Part shown: in pieces, positions 10,305-19,526 of the stretch
Position numbering within the stretch: position 1 is the first letter of the stretch
Layout of the letters: the number at the start of each line of letters is the position of its first letter
Assembly: GCA_947384775.1 (NCBI GenBank)
Contig: CANDIF010000002.1
Coordinates: 42,215 to 106,214, forward strand
DNA: 64,000 bases
DNA from: an uncultured Clostridium sp.
GTDB lineage: Bacteria; Bacillota; Clostridia; TANB77; CAG-508
Reading direction: 5' to 3'
Notes under the pieces: model-generated
The model's input: the letters and a program-made list of their open reading frames with translations, nothing else
The model's database searches: none
What the model was told of the DNA's origin: nothing
Position numbers and translations under genes: made by a program

Positions 10305-10769
10305 TTATCTTGTTATATTTAATTTTTCTAATATTATATCTTCTTTTGCTCGCATTGTTTTTTTATCTTCTTCTTTCATATGGTCATATCCCATCAAATG
10401 ATAAAATGAATGTACTAACATATATGCTAATTCTCTTTCTAGAGTATGTCCATATTCTTTTGCTTGTTTTTTTATTTGTTCTAGTGATATTACTACATCT
10501 CCTAAAACATCTTCTGTTTCTGGATTTATATTTTCTATTTCATTTGCTTCGAACATCGGAAATGATAATACATCTGTTTCTTTATCTATTCCTCTATGCT
10601 CTCTATTTATATTTCTAATATTTTCTGCAGTTGTTAAAACTATATTAACATATAATTTTTTATTTAATAAATTTTCCTCCTCGAAACATTTATTTATAAC
10701 TTGTCCTACTATTTCATCATATTCTTTTGTTTCGTCTACATCTAAAAAGTTTATCTCTGTAAGTTCCAT
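10305..10769 (-). CDS. ybeY: rRNA maturation endoribonuclease YbeY
   Basis: 154 aa. Zinc motif HSFYHLMGYDH. Confidence 0.9.
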   Translation of the reverse strand: MELTEINFLDVDETKEYDEIVGQVINKCFEEENLLNKKLYVNIVLTTAENIRNINREHRGIDKETDVLSFPMFEANEIENINPETEDVLGDVVISLEQIKKQAKEYGHTLERELAYMLVHSFYHLMGYDHMKEEDKKTMRAKEDIILEKLNITR

Positions 10770-10771
10770 CT

Positions 10772-11923
10772 TTATCCCTTCTTATTATATGTTAATTTTG
10801 TATATGTTTTTATATTAGTACCTATCGTTTTTATTACTCCACGTTTTGTTAATTCTTTTTTATATTCTTCAATTATATCAATATATTTTTTTCTATTTAC
10901 ATTTAGCCTTTTTATTTCTTCTTTTAAGAAAAGTATTTCTTTTTCTTTCTTTTTTTCTTTTACTTTCTCGTATTTTTCATAGAATTTTTTATATTGTTCT
11001 CTTTCTTTTGGATTTTCCCAATAAATTTTTGTTGAAAGAACTTTTACATTATAGTCTTCTATTACTTCAAATAATGTTTTATATAAAGTATTTCTTTTTG
11101 CCTCTAGCTTACTATTTACTATTAACTCTCTAAGCTCTTTTAACAAATGAATATAGCACTTTTCTACTATTGCTAGTGGGAAACTATGCACAAATATTTT
11201 TCTACTTATATCTATCAGAATTAGTTTCTGAATTATTTTATCTCTATCATCTAGTTTACCTATTGTTGTATGTTCATATTTTTCATAATTTTCTCTTAAA
11301 TCAGTATTACCTTGTTCCATTTTTATTGGTAGTATTTCTAGTATATAATTTTCTAGTGTTCCAAATATTTTATTATATACTTCTTCATTATTATGTATGC
11401 TATCTGCAAGCTCTACTGAATAGTTCTTCAAAAGTCCTTTATATAACGTTTCAATTTTATCTACATAAAACGTTTTGTATGCTTCTACTGCTTTTGACTT
11501 TTTCATAGTGCTTACTGTTTCATAGTCTATTCTTAGCAAATATTCCTGTTTCTTATATTTATACTCTAAATAATGCTTATCTTTTAAATTAACAATATAA
11601 TAATATTTTTCTAATGCACCTTTTTCAAAATTTGTAGCTGTCCCTGCTTTTACTTTATTATATACTGAATCCATTATAAATTTATCTATTGCTTCTAAGT
11701 ATAAAGCATAATTGTCTTCATATTTTTGTCTTAGCATTTCTTCTTTTTCTTTATCTGCTACTTTATAATTATTGTATGATTTTGTTAAGCTGTTTCTTTT
11801 TAGTGTAATCATTACACCGTTAAAGCCTATTCTTGTAGGAATGAGTATCTTAGATATTGTACTAGTAATTTTTGTAAAGAAAGTTTTGTTTGTTTCTACT
11901 ACTTTTAAACTTCTTTGTTCCAC
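10772..11923 (-). CDS. hypothetical K/E/Y-rich protein
   Basis: 383-aa ORF packed tightly between yqfD and ybeY. I recognise no motif. Confidence 0.45.
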   Translation of the reverse strand: MEQRSLKVVETNKTFFTKITSTISKILIPTRIGFNGVMITLKRNSLTKSYNNYKVADKEKEEMLRQKYEDNYALYLEAIDKFIMDSVYNKVKAGTATNFEKGALEKYYYIVNLKDKHYLEYKYKKQEYLLRIDYETVSTMKKSKAVEAYKTFYVDKIETLYKGLLKNYSVELADSIHNNEEVYNKIFGTLENYILEILPIKMEQGNTDLRENYEKYEHTTIGKLDDRDKIIQKLILIDISRKIFVHSFPLAIVEKCYIHLLKELRELIVNSKLEAKRNTLYKTLFEVIEDYNVKVLSTKIYWENPKEREQYKKFYEKYEKVKEKKKEKEILFLKEEIKRLNVNRKKYIDIIEEYKKELTKRGVIKTIGTNIKTYTKLTYNKKG

Positions 11924-11938
11924 TATTTCATCACCCTT

Positions 11939-13123
11939 TTAAAAAATTATTTTGTCTTTTGTCCCTATTTTTTCCAGTACTTCATATATCACTTCTACTT
12001 CTATATATCCCTCGTATGAATATGTATTTACTTGTGAATTTATTATTTGGCTTTCGTCTCCAATCTCTTTTTCTAGTTCTTCCTTAAGCTTTTCAGTGGT
12101 AATTTCCGTAAGTTCTTCTGGTGTATATGTTATATCTTGCATCACATATTCTTTATTAGTGGTTTTTATAATTTCAATTGGTAAATAGAAATTAGAAAAT
12201 AGTTCAAATTTTTTTGTTGTATCTATTTTATCATATTTTTGAAATTTTGAAAGGGTTTTATAAAAATTTATTCGAAAATTTTTTATATTTACACTATATT
12301 TCTTTTCTTCATTTCCTGTTTGTACTGATATCTTGGTTTTTAATGGTTCTCTAGTTTTTTTTGTATACCATGTTTTTGCTTCTATATCAGCAATACTATG
12401 TACATATCTTTTTCCTGTATATGTTCCTTCTACATATCCTTCTACTAATATATCTCCTGGCTTTACTATGTCTCCTGTATTTACTACTGCCGTACCGTTT
12501 TGTACATTTATTTTTGTTATTACACCTGTTTTATCTGAAATTATATTACAATATTCATCTTTATTTATTACTTCTGGTGCTTTTTTGCTTTCTTTTATTT
12601 TTATCATTGCATTGGTTCCTTTTACGGAAATACCAATCCAAGCTATATCGTCTCTTTCTAACCTTATTTTATCTATCACAGATTTTGTATCCAATTTTTC
12701 TTTTGATACTCCGATATATAATCCACTATCTTCTAACGTTTTTAGTAATTCTTCTTGGTTTATATCTACAGTCCCTTCTATTTCTATATTCCACACATAA
12801 TTTGAAAGATGTATTATTGTAAAAATTATTACCACAAAAAATACTGCAAAAATTTTTCTCTTCCTATATCTATGCATTACAAAAGGTAGTCCTACTTTTC
12901 CTTCTATTTTTATTTTTGATTTTGTTTTTTTGGCTACATCTCTTAATCTTTTATAATCATTTATTCCCACTTTTGCATATAATATTGTAGATTTTTCCCT
13001 TGTAATATCATGTAGTAATATTTTTTTACTTATACATATGTTTATAAATCTTTCTATATAAAATCCTTCTACTCTTATGTTTACATATCCTGTAACAATG
13101 TTAGACACTCTACTTATACTCAT
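11939..13123 (-). CDS. yqfD: sporulation protein YqfD
   Basis: 394 aa. Its length, single central TM and position after yqfC fit stage IV sporulation protein YqfD. Confidence 0.8.
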   Translation of the reverse strand: MSISRVSNIVTGYVNIRVEGFYIERFINICISKKILLHDITREKSTILYAKVGINDYKRLRDVAKKTKSKIKIEGKVGLPFVMHRYRKRKIFAVFFVVIIFTIIHLSNYVWNIEIEGTVDINQEELLKTLEDSGLYIGVSKEKLDTKSVIDKIRLERDDIAWIGISVKGTNAMIKIKESKKAPEVINKDEYCNIISDKTGVITKINVQNGTAVVNTGDIVKPGDILVEGYVEGTYTGKRYVHSIADIEAKTWYTKKTREPLKTKISVQTGNEEKKYSVNIKNFRINFYKTLSKFQKYDKIDTTKKFELFSNFYLPIEIIKTTNKEYVMQDITYTPEELTEITTEKLKEELEKEIGDESQIINSQVNTYSYEGYIEVEVIYEVLEKIGTKDKIIF

Positions 13124-13180
13124 ATTATTTTCTCCTTATTATAAACTTCTTGTACCCACCTTTAATCTCTCTTACAATTT

Positions 13181-13456
13181 TTACTCTTCTACATTTCTTT
13201 CAAAATCTACACTATTTATTATTCCTTTTATTGCTATATCATCTTTTGTTATTTGTTCTAATTTTAATTTATATCCATTTACATTTATTGTTCCTATTTC
13301 AGTATGAATTTTCACATAAAATTCCTCGTACTCGAGTATTCCTTTATAATTTTCTATTAACATTTCATCAAAAGATAGTATTGTTATTTTAGATTCCTTA
13401 TTGTCTATCTCTCTTGGCATTTCTAATATTTGATTAAGTTTAAGTCTCTTTTTCAT
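13181..13456 (-). CDS. yqfC: sporulation protein YqfC
   Basis: 91 aa, with ...ITILSFDEMLIENYKGILEYEEFYVKI... Confidence 0.8.
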   Translation of the reverse strand: MKKRLKLNQILEMPREIDNKESKITILSFDEMLIENYKGILEYEEFYVKIHTEIGTINVNGYKLKLEQITKDDIAIKGIINSVDFERNVEE

Positions 13457-13539
13457 ACTTGCCCCTTTTCTTTATTATTACTTTTATTTAATATTATTCT
13501 GCTTCTTTTTATTTTATTATGATTTTTTTACATTTTGCC

Positions 13540-13568
13540 TTGACAAATTCATTTAAAATGTTTATAAT
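13540..13568 (+). promoter_or_regulatory. sigma-A-type promoter of the tRNA gene
   Basis: TTGACA (13540-13545), a 17-nt spacer, then TATAAT (13563-13568), 12 nt before the tRNA 5' end. Confidence 0.7.
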
Positions 13569-13580
13569 ATAATAGTTCAT

Positions 13581-13657
13581 GGCGAGATAGCTCAGTTGGC
13601 TAGAGCATTCGGTTCATACCCGACAGGTCGGTGGTTCGAATCCACTTCTCGCTACCA
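13581..13657 (+). tRNA. tRNA with anticodon CAU (elongator Met or Ile2)
   Basis: Hand-folded cloverleaf: acceptor GGCGAGA/UCUCGCU, D stem GCUC/GAGC, anticodon stem UCGG/CCGA with a normal 7-nt loop UUCAUAC, T arm GGUGG-UUCGAAU-CCACU, and an encoded CCA. Confidence 0.9.
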
Positions 13658-13786
13658 AATGTGCGACCTTAACAGGTCGCAGTGAAGAACTAATAGTGAA
13701 TAGTTAATAATGAATAGTAATTTAAAGTAGTCTGAAAAGCACATTTGTACTATTCAACATTAACTATTCATTTTTCATTATTCACA
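13658..13786 (+). repeat. 129-nt structured repeat directly abutting the tRNA CCA end (copy 1)
   Basis: It starts AAATGTGC, then the hairpin TGCGACC-ttaaca-GGTCGCA, then long imperfect arms built of GTGAATAGT / AATGAATAGT units. The 3' 50 nt are nearly identical to the copy after the tmRNA (28839-28967, minus strand). Confidence 0.8.
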
Positions 13787-13808
13787 TTTTTTCAACTCAA
13801 TTTGTATT

Positions 13809-13847
13809 AAAAAAGTAGTTTGATTAAAAAATCGACTACTTTTTTTG
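13809..13847. terminator. hairpin terminator (AGTAGT...ACTACT + T-run)
   Basis: aaaaAGTAGTttgattaaaaaatcgACTACTtttttt. Confidence 0.6.
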
Positions 13848-13972
13848 TTACATTTTTGTTACATTTTTTGAGTTTTTTTACATTTTCTTGACAAAATCTG
13901 TAATTCCTTGTAATGTTCTTTCATATATGTTATAGTTTTAAGTAGTAATGTTAATTTAAGGAAGGGAAACTA

Positions 13973-14932
13973 ATGATAACAAGTATTATTTATACCTCAA
14001 ATCTTCTGGAAGGTCTTTTTAGTAAAGAAGATATTGAATTCTTAAAAAGTAACAATGGTAAACAAGATGAAATTGAATTTGCAATAGAAATGTCTAATTT
14101 TAAAAAAGATGAAATTGCAAAATATTTAAATTCTTTAGAAACTGATAACTCACCTGAAATTGGTGATACTCCTTCCTTTGAAGATTCTTTTGATACAGCT
14201 TCAAATGCTTCAAAAAGTATTTCTGCAACTATTAAAAATTTAAATAATATTTTTAGTAGTTTTAATGATATAGAAAAAGATGTCTTAGAATTGGCTGTAA
14301 AAAAAGATACTATCTCAGATGAAGATAAATTATCTTCAATATTGAGTATCAATAATAAAATCTCTGATTTTAAGAATATTAAAGCTAAACTCGAAGCTGA
14401 AAATAATGATTATAATTCAGCTATTGATAAATTTTTTGTTTCTTTAGAAAATGGAAACTTGTTAAAACCAAAAAAAGTTACTGAAGAAAATACATTAAAG
14501 GTTTTTAATGTATATGATTCTGATTTCAGAGATAATTTAGAATTAAAAATTTCTGAGAAAGATAAAAAAGTATATTTACCTTATACTAAGCAAGATTTGC
14601 AAGAATTTATGGAAGATTATCCTAATGAATATCCTTCTGCAAAATCTGTTGTTGAAAAAGAATTTACCGAAAAAATTTCTATTTTTAATAACCATCCTGT
14701 TCTTGCAAGATTTAGAGAAGGTTATTATTTGAGTAAATATAAAGAATCAAATTCAACTATTACTGCTTTAAAATTTGCTAAAAGTATAATGTTTAGAAGA
14801 GATTTAAATCCAACTATAATTGCTGCGGTAAGGTCTCAAAAAGAATTAGATGATTATATTGATTGTCTTGATAATGATAGATTAGAAGATTTTAATCATT
14901 TTAAAATAATTTTTGAAGTTAATCCTCTTTAA
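13973..14932 (+). CDS. hypothetical acidic protein
   Basis: 319-aa ORF with GGAAGGGA RBS-like sequence 6 nt upstream. No recognisable motif. Confidence 0.5.
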   Translation: MITSIIYTSNLLEGLFSKEDIEFLKSNNGKQDEIEFAIEMSNFKKDEIAKYLNSLETDNSPEIGDTPSFEDSFDTASNASKSISATIKNLNNIFSSFNDIEKDVLELAVKKDTISDEDKLSSILSINNKISDFKNIKAKLEAENNDYNSAIDKFFVSLENGNLLKPKKVTEENTLKVFNVYDSDFRDNLELKISEKDKKVYLPYTKQDLQEFMEDYPNEYPSAKSVVEKEFTEKISIFNNHPVLARFREGYYLSKYKESNSTITALKFAKSIMFRRDLNPTIIAAVRSQKELDDYIDCLDNDRLEDFNHFKIIFEVNPL

Positions 14933-14940
14933 TATTAAAT

Positions 14941-14984
14941 GGGCAGCTGCCCCACTCACTTGAATGTGAATGGGGCAGCTTTTG
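14941..14984. terminator. GC-rich bidirectional terminator
   Basis: AGCTGCCCCA-16 nt-TGGGGCAGCT followed by TTTT. Confidence 0.7.
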
Positions 14985-14988
14985 TTCA

Positions 14989-15333
14989 TCATGGGAGCAA
15001 TTTGGTTTCGATAATCATCCCAGCCATAAATGCAAACTCGATAATCATCCCGATCATGAGCGCGGGGCTAATGGCTTCTGCCGGAATAAAGATGCACCTC
15101 AAGAAAATTGCTGTCATAACAGCAATGATGTACATCTTGTTTTTCCGGCGAGTGTTTCTTTCTGCCTCAGCGCCTTCGCACCATAGGGCAATTGCAAAAA
15201 ACGCAATCATGCCCAACGCAGCAGCGAAGGTTTTCTCGCCGATTACAGCCGCCAGCATGAAGCCAAACTGGGCAGACACTCCCACAATCGTAGCTATTAT
15301 GAACCTTCCTGGTCCAAATAACCTTTTGAACAT
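14989..15333 (-). CDS. small polytopic membrane protein (GC-rich cassette A)
   Basis: ATG at 15333 is preceded by AGGAGG. The 114-aa product is MFKRLFGPGRFIIATIVGV...MIGMIIEFAFMAGMIIETKLLP. About 50% G+C against AT-rich flanks. Confidence 0.65.
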   Translation of the reverse strand: MFKRLFGPGRFIIATIVGVSAQFGFMLAAVIGEKTFAAALGMIAFFAIALWCEGAEAERNTRRKNKMYIIAVMTAIFLRCIFIPAEAISPALMIGMIIEFAFMAGMIIETKLLP

Positions 15334-15453
15334 TGCTTCATTCCTCCTAAGTTTAGTTTTTATATACAAACTGTGCTTTTACGCACAGGTATGCAAGGAA
15401 TTTGCTAAGAGTCTACCTTTATATTTTAACATACATGTCAATACTTTTATTTG

Positions 15454-15505
15454 AAACAAAGCGACACCGCACCATCCTTTCGGTTGGTGCGGTGTCGCTT
15501 TGTTT
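15454..15505. terminator. GC-rich bidirectional terminator between cassettes B and A
   Basis: aaacaaaGCGACACCGCACC-12 nt-GGTGCGGTGTCGCtttgttt. Confidence 0.75.
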
Positions 15506-15510
15506 GCCTC

Positions 15511-15861
15511 TTAATCCAGCTTGTTTGTCTGTTCTGCAATCGCAAGCATAAAGATGAACTCAATTATGATCATAAGCATAAGTGCAATGCTGAAATATTT
15601 ACTGGCGCACAAGCATCTGATCATAATCATGAGCACAGTAACAAGCACTATGTTTTCATTCCTGAACTTTGTGCTTTTGTTTGCGCAGACATCTGTCATC
15701 CACAGCAGAATTGCTATCATTGGGATTACGCCCCAAAACGCCGCCATGATTCCTTCAAAAGCAGCAGCGTACATCATACAGCAGAACTCAATTAAAAGTC
15801 CTGCCATAGACATCAGCCTGAACCTCAATGTTGTCGTGGGTGCCTTCCGATTCTTAGGCAT
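15511..15861 (-). CDS. small polytopic membrane protein (GC-rich cassette B), paralogue of cassette A protein
   Basis: ATG at 15861 is preceded by AGGAGG. The 116-aa product is MPKNRKAPTTTLRFRLMSMAGLLIEF...MLMIIIEFIFMLAIAEQTNKLD. It shares the C-terminal MIIEFxFM helix and the leader with cassette A. Confidence 0.65.
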   Translation of the reverse strand: MPKNRKAPTTTLRFRLMSMAGLLIEFCCMMYAAAFEGIMAAFWGVIPMIAILLWMTDVCANKSTKFRNENIVLVTVLMIMIRCLCASKYFSIALMLMIIIEFIFMLAIAEQTNKLD

Positions 15862-16024
15862 GTTTTCACTCCTCCTAAATCTAGTTTTGTATACAAACTG
15901 TGGTTTCCCACAGGAATGCAAGGAATTTGCTAAGAATTTACTTATATATTTTATCATACATGTCAATAGTAGGGTCTGATCAAGACCAGCCCCTACACGT
16001 TTAAAATAAATATTCAAAATTCTA

Positions 16025-18847
16025 TTATTTTTCTAATATTGGTTTTAAGAATTTTCCTGTATATGATCTGTCATTTTTTATAACTTGTTCTGGTGTTCCA
16101 CAGGCTACTATTTCTCCACCTTTTTCTCCACCTTCTGGTCCTAAGTCTATTATATAATCTGCTGTTTTTATTAAGTCTAAATTATGTTCTATTACAACTA
16201 TACTGTTTCCAGTATCTACTAATCTTTGTAATATATCTATTAGTCTATGAACATCTGCTATGTGTAATCCTGTTGTTGGTTCATCTAATATATACAATGT
16301 TTTTCCTGTTGCTTTCTTTGAAAGTTCTGTTGCAAGTTTTACTCTTTGTGCCTCTCCTCCTGATAATGTTGTTGATGGTTGTCCTAATTTTATATACCCA
16401 AGTCCTACATCATATAATGTTTGTATTTTTTGTTTTATTTTTGGAACATTACTGAAGAAATCTAGAGCTTCTTCTATTGTCATCTCTAAAACATCTGATA
16501 TTGTTTTTCCTTTGTATTTAACTTCTAATGTTTCTCTATTATATCTTTTTCCTTTACAAACTTCACAAGGTACATATATATCTGGTAAGAAATGCATTTC
16601 TATTTTTAGTATTCCATCTCCTTGGCAAGTTTCACATCTTCCTCCTGAAACATTAAAGCTAAATCTTCCTTTTCCATATCCTCTTAATTTTGCCTCACTT
16701 GTTTCTGCAAATATATCCCTTATTAAGTCAAATACTCCTGTATAAGTTGCGGGGTTTGAACGTGGCGTTCTTCCTATTGGTGATTGGTCTATATTTATAA
16801 TTTTATCTATGTTTTGTATTCCTGTAATTTCCTTATGCTTACCTGGTTTTTCATTTGATTTATAAATTTGTTTGGCTAAACTCTTATACAAAATTTCATT
16901 TATTAATGTACTTTTTCCAGAGCCTGAAACTCCTGTTATACAAGTAAATACTCCTAATGGTATCTTCACATTAATGTTTTTCAAGTTGTTTTCCATTGCG
17001 CCTTTTATTTCTATTGCTCTACCATTTGATTTTCTTCTTTTACTTGGTATTTTTATTTGTTTTCTACCACTTAAGTAATCTCCTGTTATTGATGCCGTGT
17101 TTTTTTTAATCTCTTCTGCAGTTCCTGTTGCTACTACCTTTCCTCCATGTACACCTGCACCTGGTCCAATATCTACAATATAATCAGCGGCATACATTGT
17201 ATCCTCATCATGTTCTACTACTAAAAGCGAATTTCCTAAGTCCCTTAATTTTTTCAATGTTTCTATTAATTTTGCATTATCTCTTTGATGTAATCCTATA
17301 CTTGGTTCATCTAAAATATACAATACTCCTGTTAGCCCCGATCCTATTTGTGTTGCTAAACGTATTCTTTGTGCTTCTCCACCTGATAATGTTCCCGCTG
17401 GTCTTGATAAGGTTAAATATTCAAGTCCAACATCGATTAAAAATTGTAGTCTTTGATTTAACTCCTTTAGTATTTGGTTTGCAATCATTGCTTCTGTTTT
17501 ATCTAATTTTAGATTAGCGATAAAATCTTTTATCTGATTTATTGGCATATCTGTTAATTCTTTTATGTTTTTGTCGTTAACTGTAACTGCTAAAGTTTCT
17601 TTTTTTAATCTTGCTCCATGACATGCCTCACAAGGGCTTTCGCTCATATACATTTCATAGAAATCCCTCATTCCTTGTGATTTTGTTTCTCTATAACGTC
17701 TATCTAATGTTGGTATTACGCCTTCGAATAGTGCTGTAAATGTTCTAACTCCTGCAACTGTTTCATATCTAAAATCTATTTCTTCTGTTCCTGTTCCATA
17801 TAATATTTTATTCAAAAATTCTCTAGGTAGTTTTTTTATTGGAACGGATATATCAACCTTATAATGTTTTGCAATACTTTCAAAGTACATCTTTGCCATT
17901 GTATCTCCACGTTTCATTGTACTTGCTCCAAAAGCTTTTACACCATCATATAATGTTTTATTTTTGTCTGGAATTATTAAATCTTCATCCATCCTCATTA
18001 AGTATCCAATACCTGTACACTCTGGGCATGCTCCAAATGGGTTATTAAATGAGAACATTCTTGGAGATAATTCTTCTAAACTTATATTACAATCTGAGCA
18101 TGCATAATTTTGGCTAAATAAAATTTCTTCTTTCGGTGTTGCTATTACTACTAAATTATTTGCGTGTTTTAATGCTATTTCTATTGATTCAGCAGCTCTA
18201 CTTCTTATTCCTTCTTTTACTACTAATCTATCTACTATTAGTTCTATATTATGTTTTTTCTTTCTATCTAAATCTAAATCATCTGTAAGTTCAACAACTG
18301 CTCCATCTACTCTTGCTCTTACAAACCCTTCTTTTGCGAAACCTTCTAATTGTTTTACGAACTCTCCTTTTTTTCCTCTTACAATTGGTGCTAAAATTTG
18401 TATTTTTGTTCCTTCTTCTAATTGCATAACTGCGTCTACTATTTGGTCCAGTGTTTGTCTTTCTATTTTTTTACCACAGTTTGGACAGTGTGGAATTCCT
18501 ATTCTCGCATACAATAAACGGATATAGTCATATATCTCTGTTACTGTTCCTACTGTTGAACGTGGATTTTTTGATGTTGTTTTTTGATCTATTGAAATTG
18601 CTGGAGACAATCCATCAATTGTTTCCACGTCTGGCTTTTTCATTAATCCTAAAAATTGTCTTGCATATGATGATAGACTTTCCACATATCTTCTTTGGCC
18701 CTCTGCATATAATGTATCAAATGCAAGTGATGATTTTCCAGAACCTGAAAGTCCTGTAATTACTACTAATTTATCTCTTGGAATTGTTAAATTTATATTT
18801 TTTAAATTATTTTCTTTTGCACCTTTTATTATAATATTGTCATTCAC
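16025..18847 (-). CDS. uvrA: excinuclease ABC subunit A
   Basis: 940 aa. Duplicated ABC ATPase modules ([23 protein letters not shown] signatures) and zinc fingers. Confidence 0.97.
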   Translation of the reverse strand: MNDNIIIKGAKENNLKNINLTIPRDKLVVITGLSGSGKSSLAFDTLYAEGQRRYVESLSSYARQFLGLMKKPDVETIDGLSPAISIDQKTTSKNPRSTVGTVTEIYDYIRLLYARIGIPHCPNCGKKIERQTLDQIVDAVMQLEEGTKIQILAPIVRGKKGEFVKQLEGFAKEGFVRARVDGAVVELTDDLDLDRKKKHNIELIVDRLVVKEGIRSRAAESIEIALKHANNLVVIATPKEEILFSQNYACSDCNISLEELSPRMFSFNNPFGACPECTGIGYLMRMDEDLIIPDKNKTLYDGVKAFGASTMKRGDTMAKMYFESIAKHYKVDISVPIKKLPREFLNKILYGTGTEEIDFRYETVAGVRTFTALFEGVIPTLDRRYRETKSQGMRDFYEMYMSESPCEACHGARLKKETLAVTVNDKNIKELTDMPINQIKDFIANLKLDKTEAMIANQILKELNQRLQFLIDVGLEYLTLSRPAGTLSGGEAQRIRLATQIGSGLTGVLYILDEPSIGLHQRDNAKLIETLKKLRDLGNSLLVVEHDEDTMYAADYIVDIGPGAGVHGGKVVATGTAEEIKKNTASITGDYLSGRKQIKIPSKRRKSNGRAIEIKGAMENNLKNINVKIPLGVFTCITGVSGSGKSTLINEILYKSLAKQIYKSNEKPGKHKEITGIQNIDKIINIDQSPIGRTPRSNPATYTGVFDLIRDIFAETSEAKLRGYGKGRFSFNVSGGRCETCQGDGILKIEMHFLPDIYVPCEVCKGKRYNRETLEVKYKGKTISDVLEMTIEEALDFFSNVPKIKQKIQTLYDVGLGYIKLGQPSTTLSGGEAQRVKLATELSKKATGKTLYILDEPTTGLHIADVHRLIDILQRLVDTGNSIVVIEHNLDLIKTADYIIDLGPEGGEKGGEIVACGTPEQVIKNDRSYTGKFLKPILEK

Positions 18848-18850
18848 GGT

Positions 18851-19447
18851 TTATGTTTTCCTCTCCTTCTTTTCGTCTCTTAATTTTACTATATCTTTCA
18901 TCAATTCTTGTGCTAATTCGTCCATTTTAACTTTATCATGTGTTTCATTTTTATATTGGGAATAATCTATAGGTTTTCCTATATTTAAAGTAACTTTAGT
19001 AAAAGGTTTAAATGACCCTTGTACACCTATTGGAATTATTGGTGATTCTGAGCTAGCTGCAATCATAACTGCTCCTTTTTTTGGTTTTTTACCTTTTGCT
19101 AATCCATTTCGTGTTCCTTCCGGAAATATTAATAATAATTCCTTTTCTTCCATTAATTTAAGTGCAGTTTTTACTGCTCCCATATCTGCTGTTCCTCTTT
19201 TAACTGGATATACTCCAATTACACCTGCAAACCATCTATTAAATTTATTTCTAAAAAGTTCTTCTTTTGCTAATACATTAACCTTCCTTCTAAGCATTAC
19301 AATCATTACAACGCTATCCCAGAAATGCACATGGTTTGCACATATTATTGCATTTCCCTCTTCAGGAATATTCTCTTTTCCAATTATTTTAGGTCTGTAA
19401 ATAATTATTGTTATGAATTTAAATATTATTTTAAAAAATGCTCTCAT
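18851..19447 (-). CDS. plsC: 1-acyl-sn-glycerol-3-phosphate acyltransferase
   Basis: Motifs NHVHFWD and FPEGTR. I prefer ATG 19447 (RBS AGGAAGGG) over the longer track ORF that starts at 19501. Confidence 0.85.
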   Translation of the reverse strand: MRAFFKIIFKFITIIIYRPKIIGKENIPEEGNAIICANHVHFWDSVVMIVMLRRKVNVLAKEELFRNKFNRWFAGVIGVYPVKRGTADMGAVKTALKLMEEKELLLIFPEGTRNGLAKGKKPKKGAVMIAASSESPIIPIGVQGSFKPFTKVTLNIGKPIDYSQYKNETHDKVKMDELAQELMKDIVKLRDEKKERKT

Positions 19448-19526
19448 ATATATCTTTGCCCTTCCTGATTTATTACAGATTTTATAATGTGGGTCGGTCA
19501 AGGCTGACTCCCTACATATCTATTTT

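Noticed and set aside
13581-13657. Whether the only tRNA in the window could be the CGGN/CGG decoder.
   Set aside because: Hand folding gives a standard 7-nt anticodon loop with anticodon CAU (Met/Ile2). It has nothing to do with CGG.
15436-15441. TTGACA in the cassette A/B leaders (also 15961-15966) as the -35 box.
   Set aside because: The spacing to any -10-like hexamer is wrong (7-14 nt). The extended -10 TGnTAAAAT immediately downstream is the more plausible promoter. The TTGACA may be coincidental or belong to another function.
14939-15979. Plus-strand ORFs 14939..15454 and 15521..15979 opposite cassettes A and B, and the 5' extensions of the minus ORFs (to 15369 and 16017).
   Set aside because: There is no RBS. 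The minus-strand ATGs at 15333 and 15861 each follow AGGAGG at proper spacing and share a conserved leader. The extensions would read through that leader.
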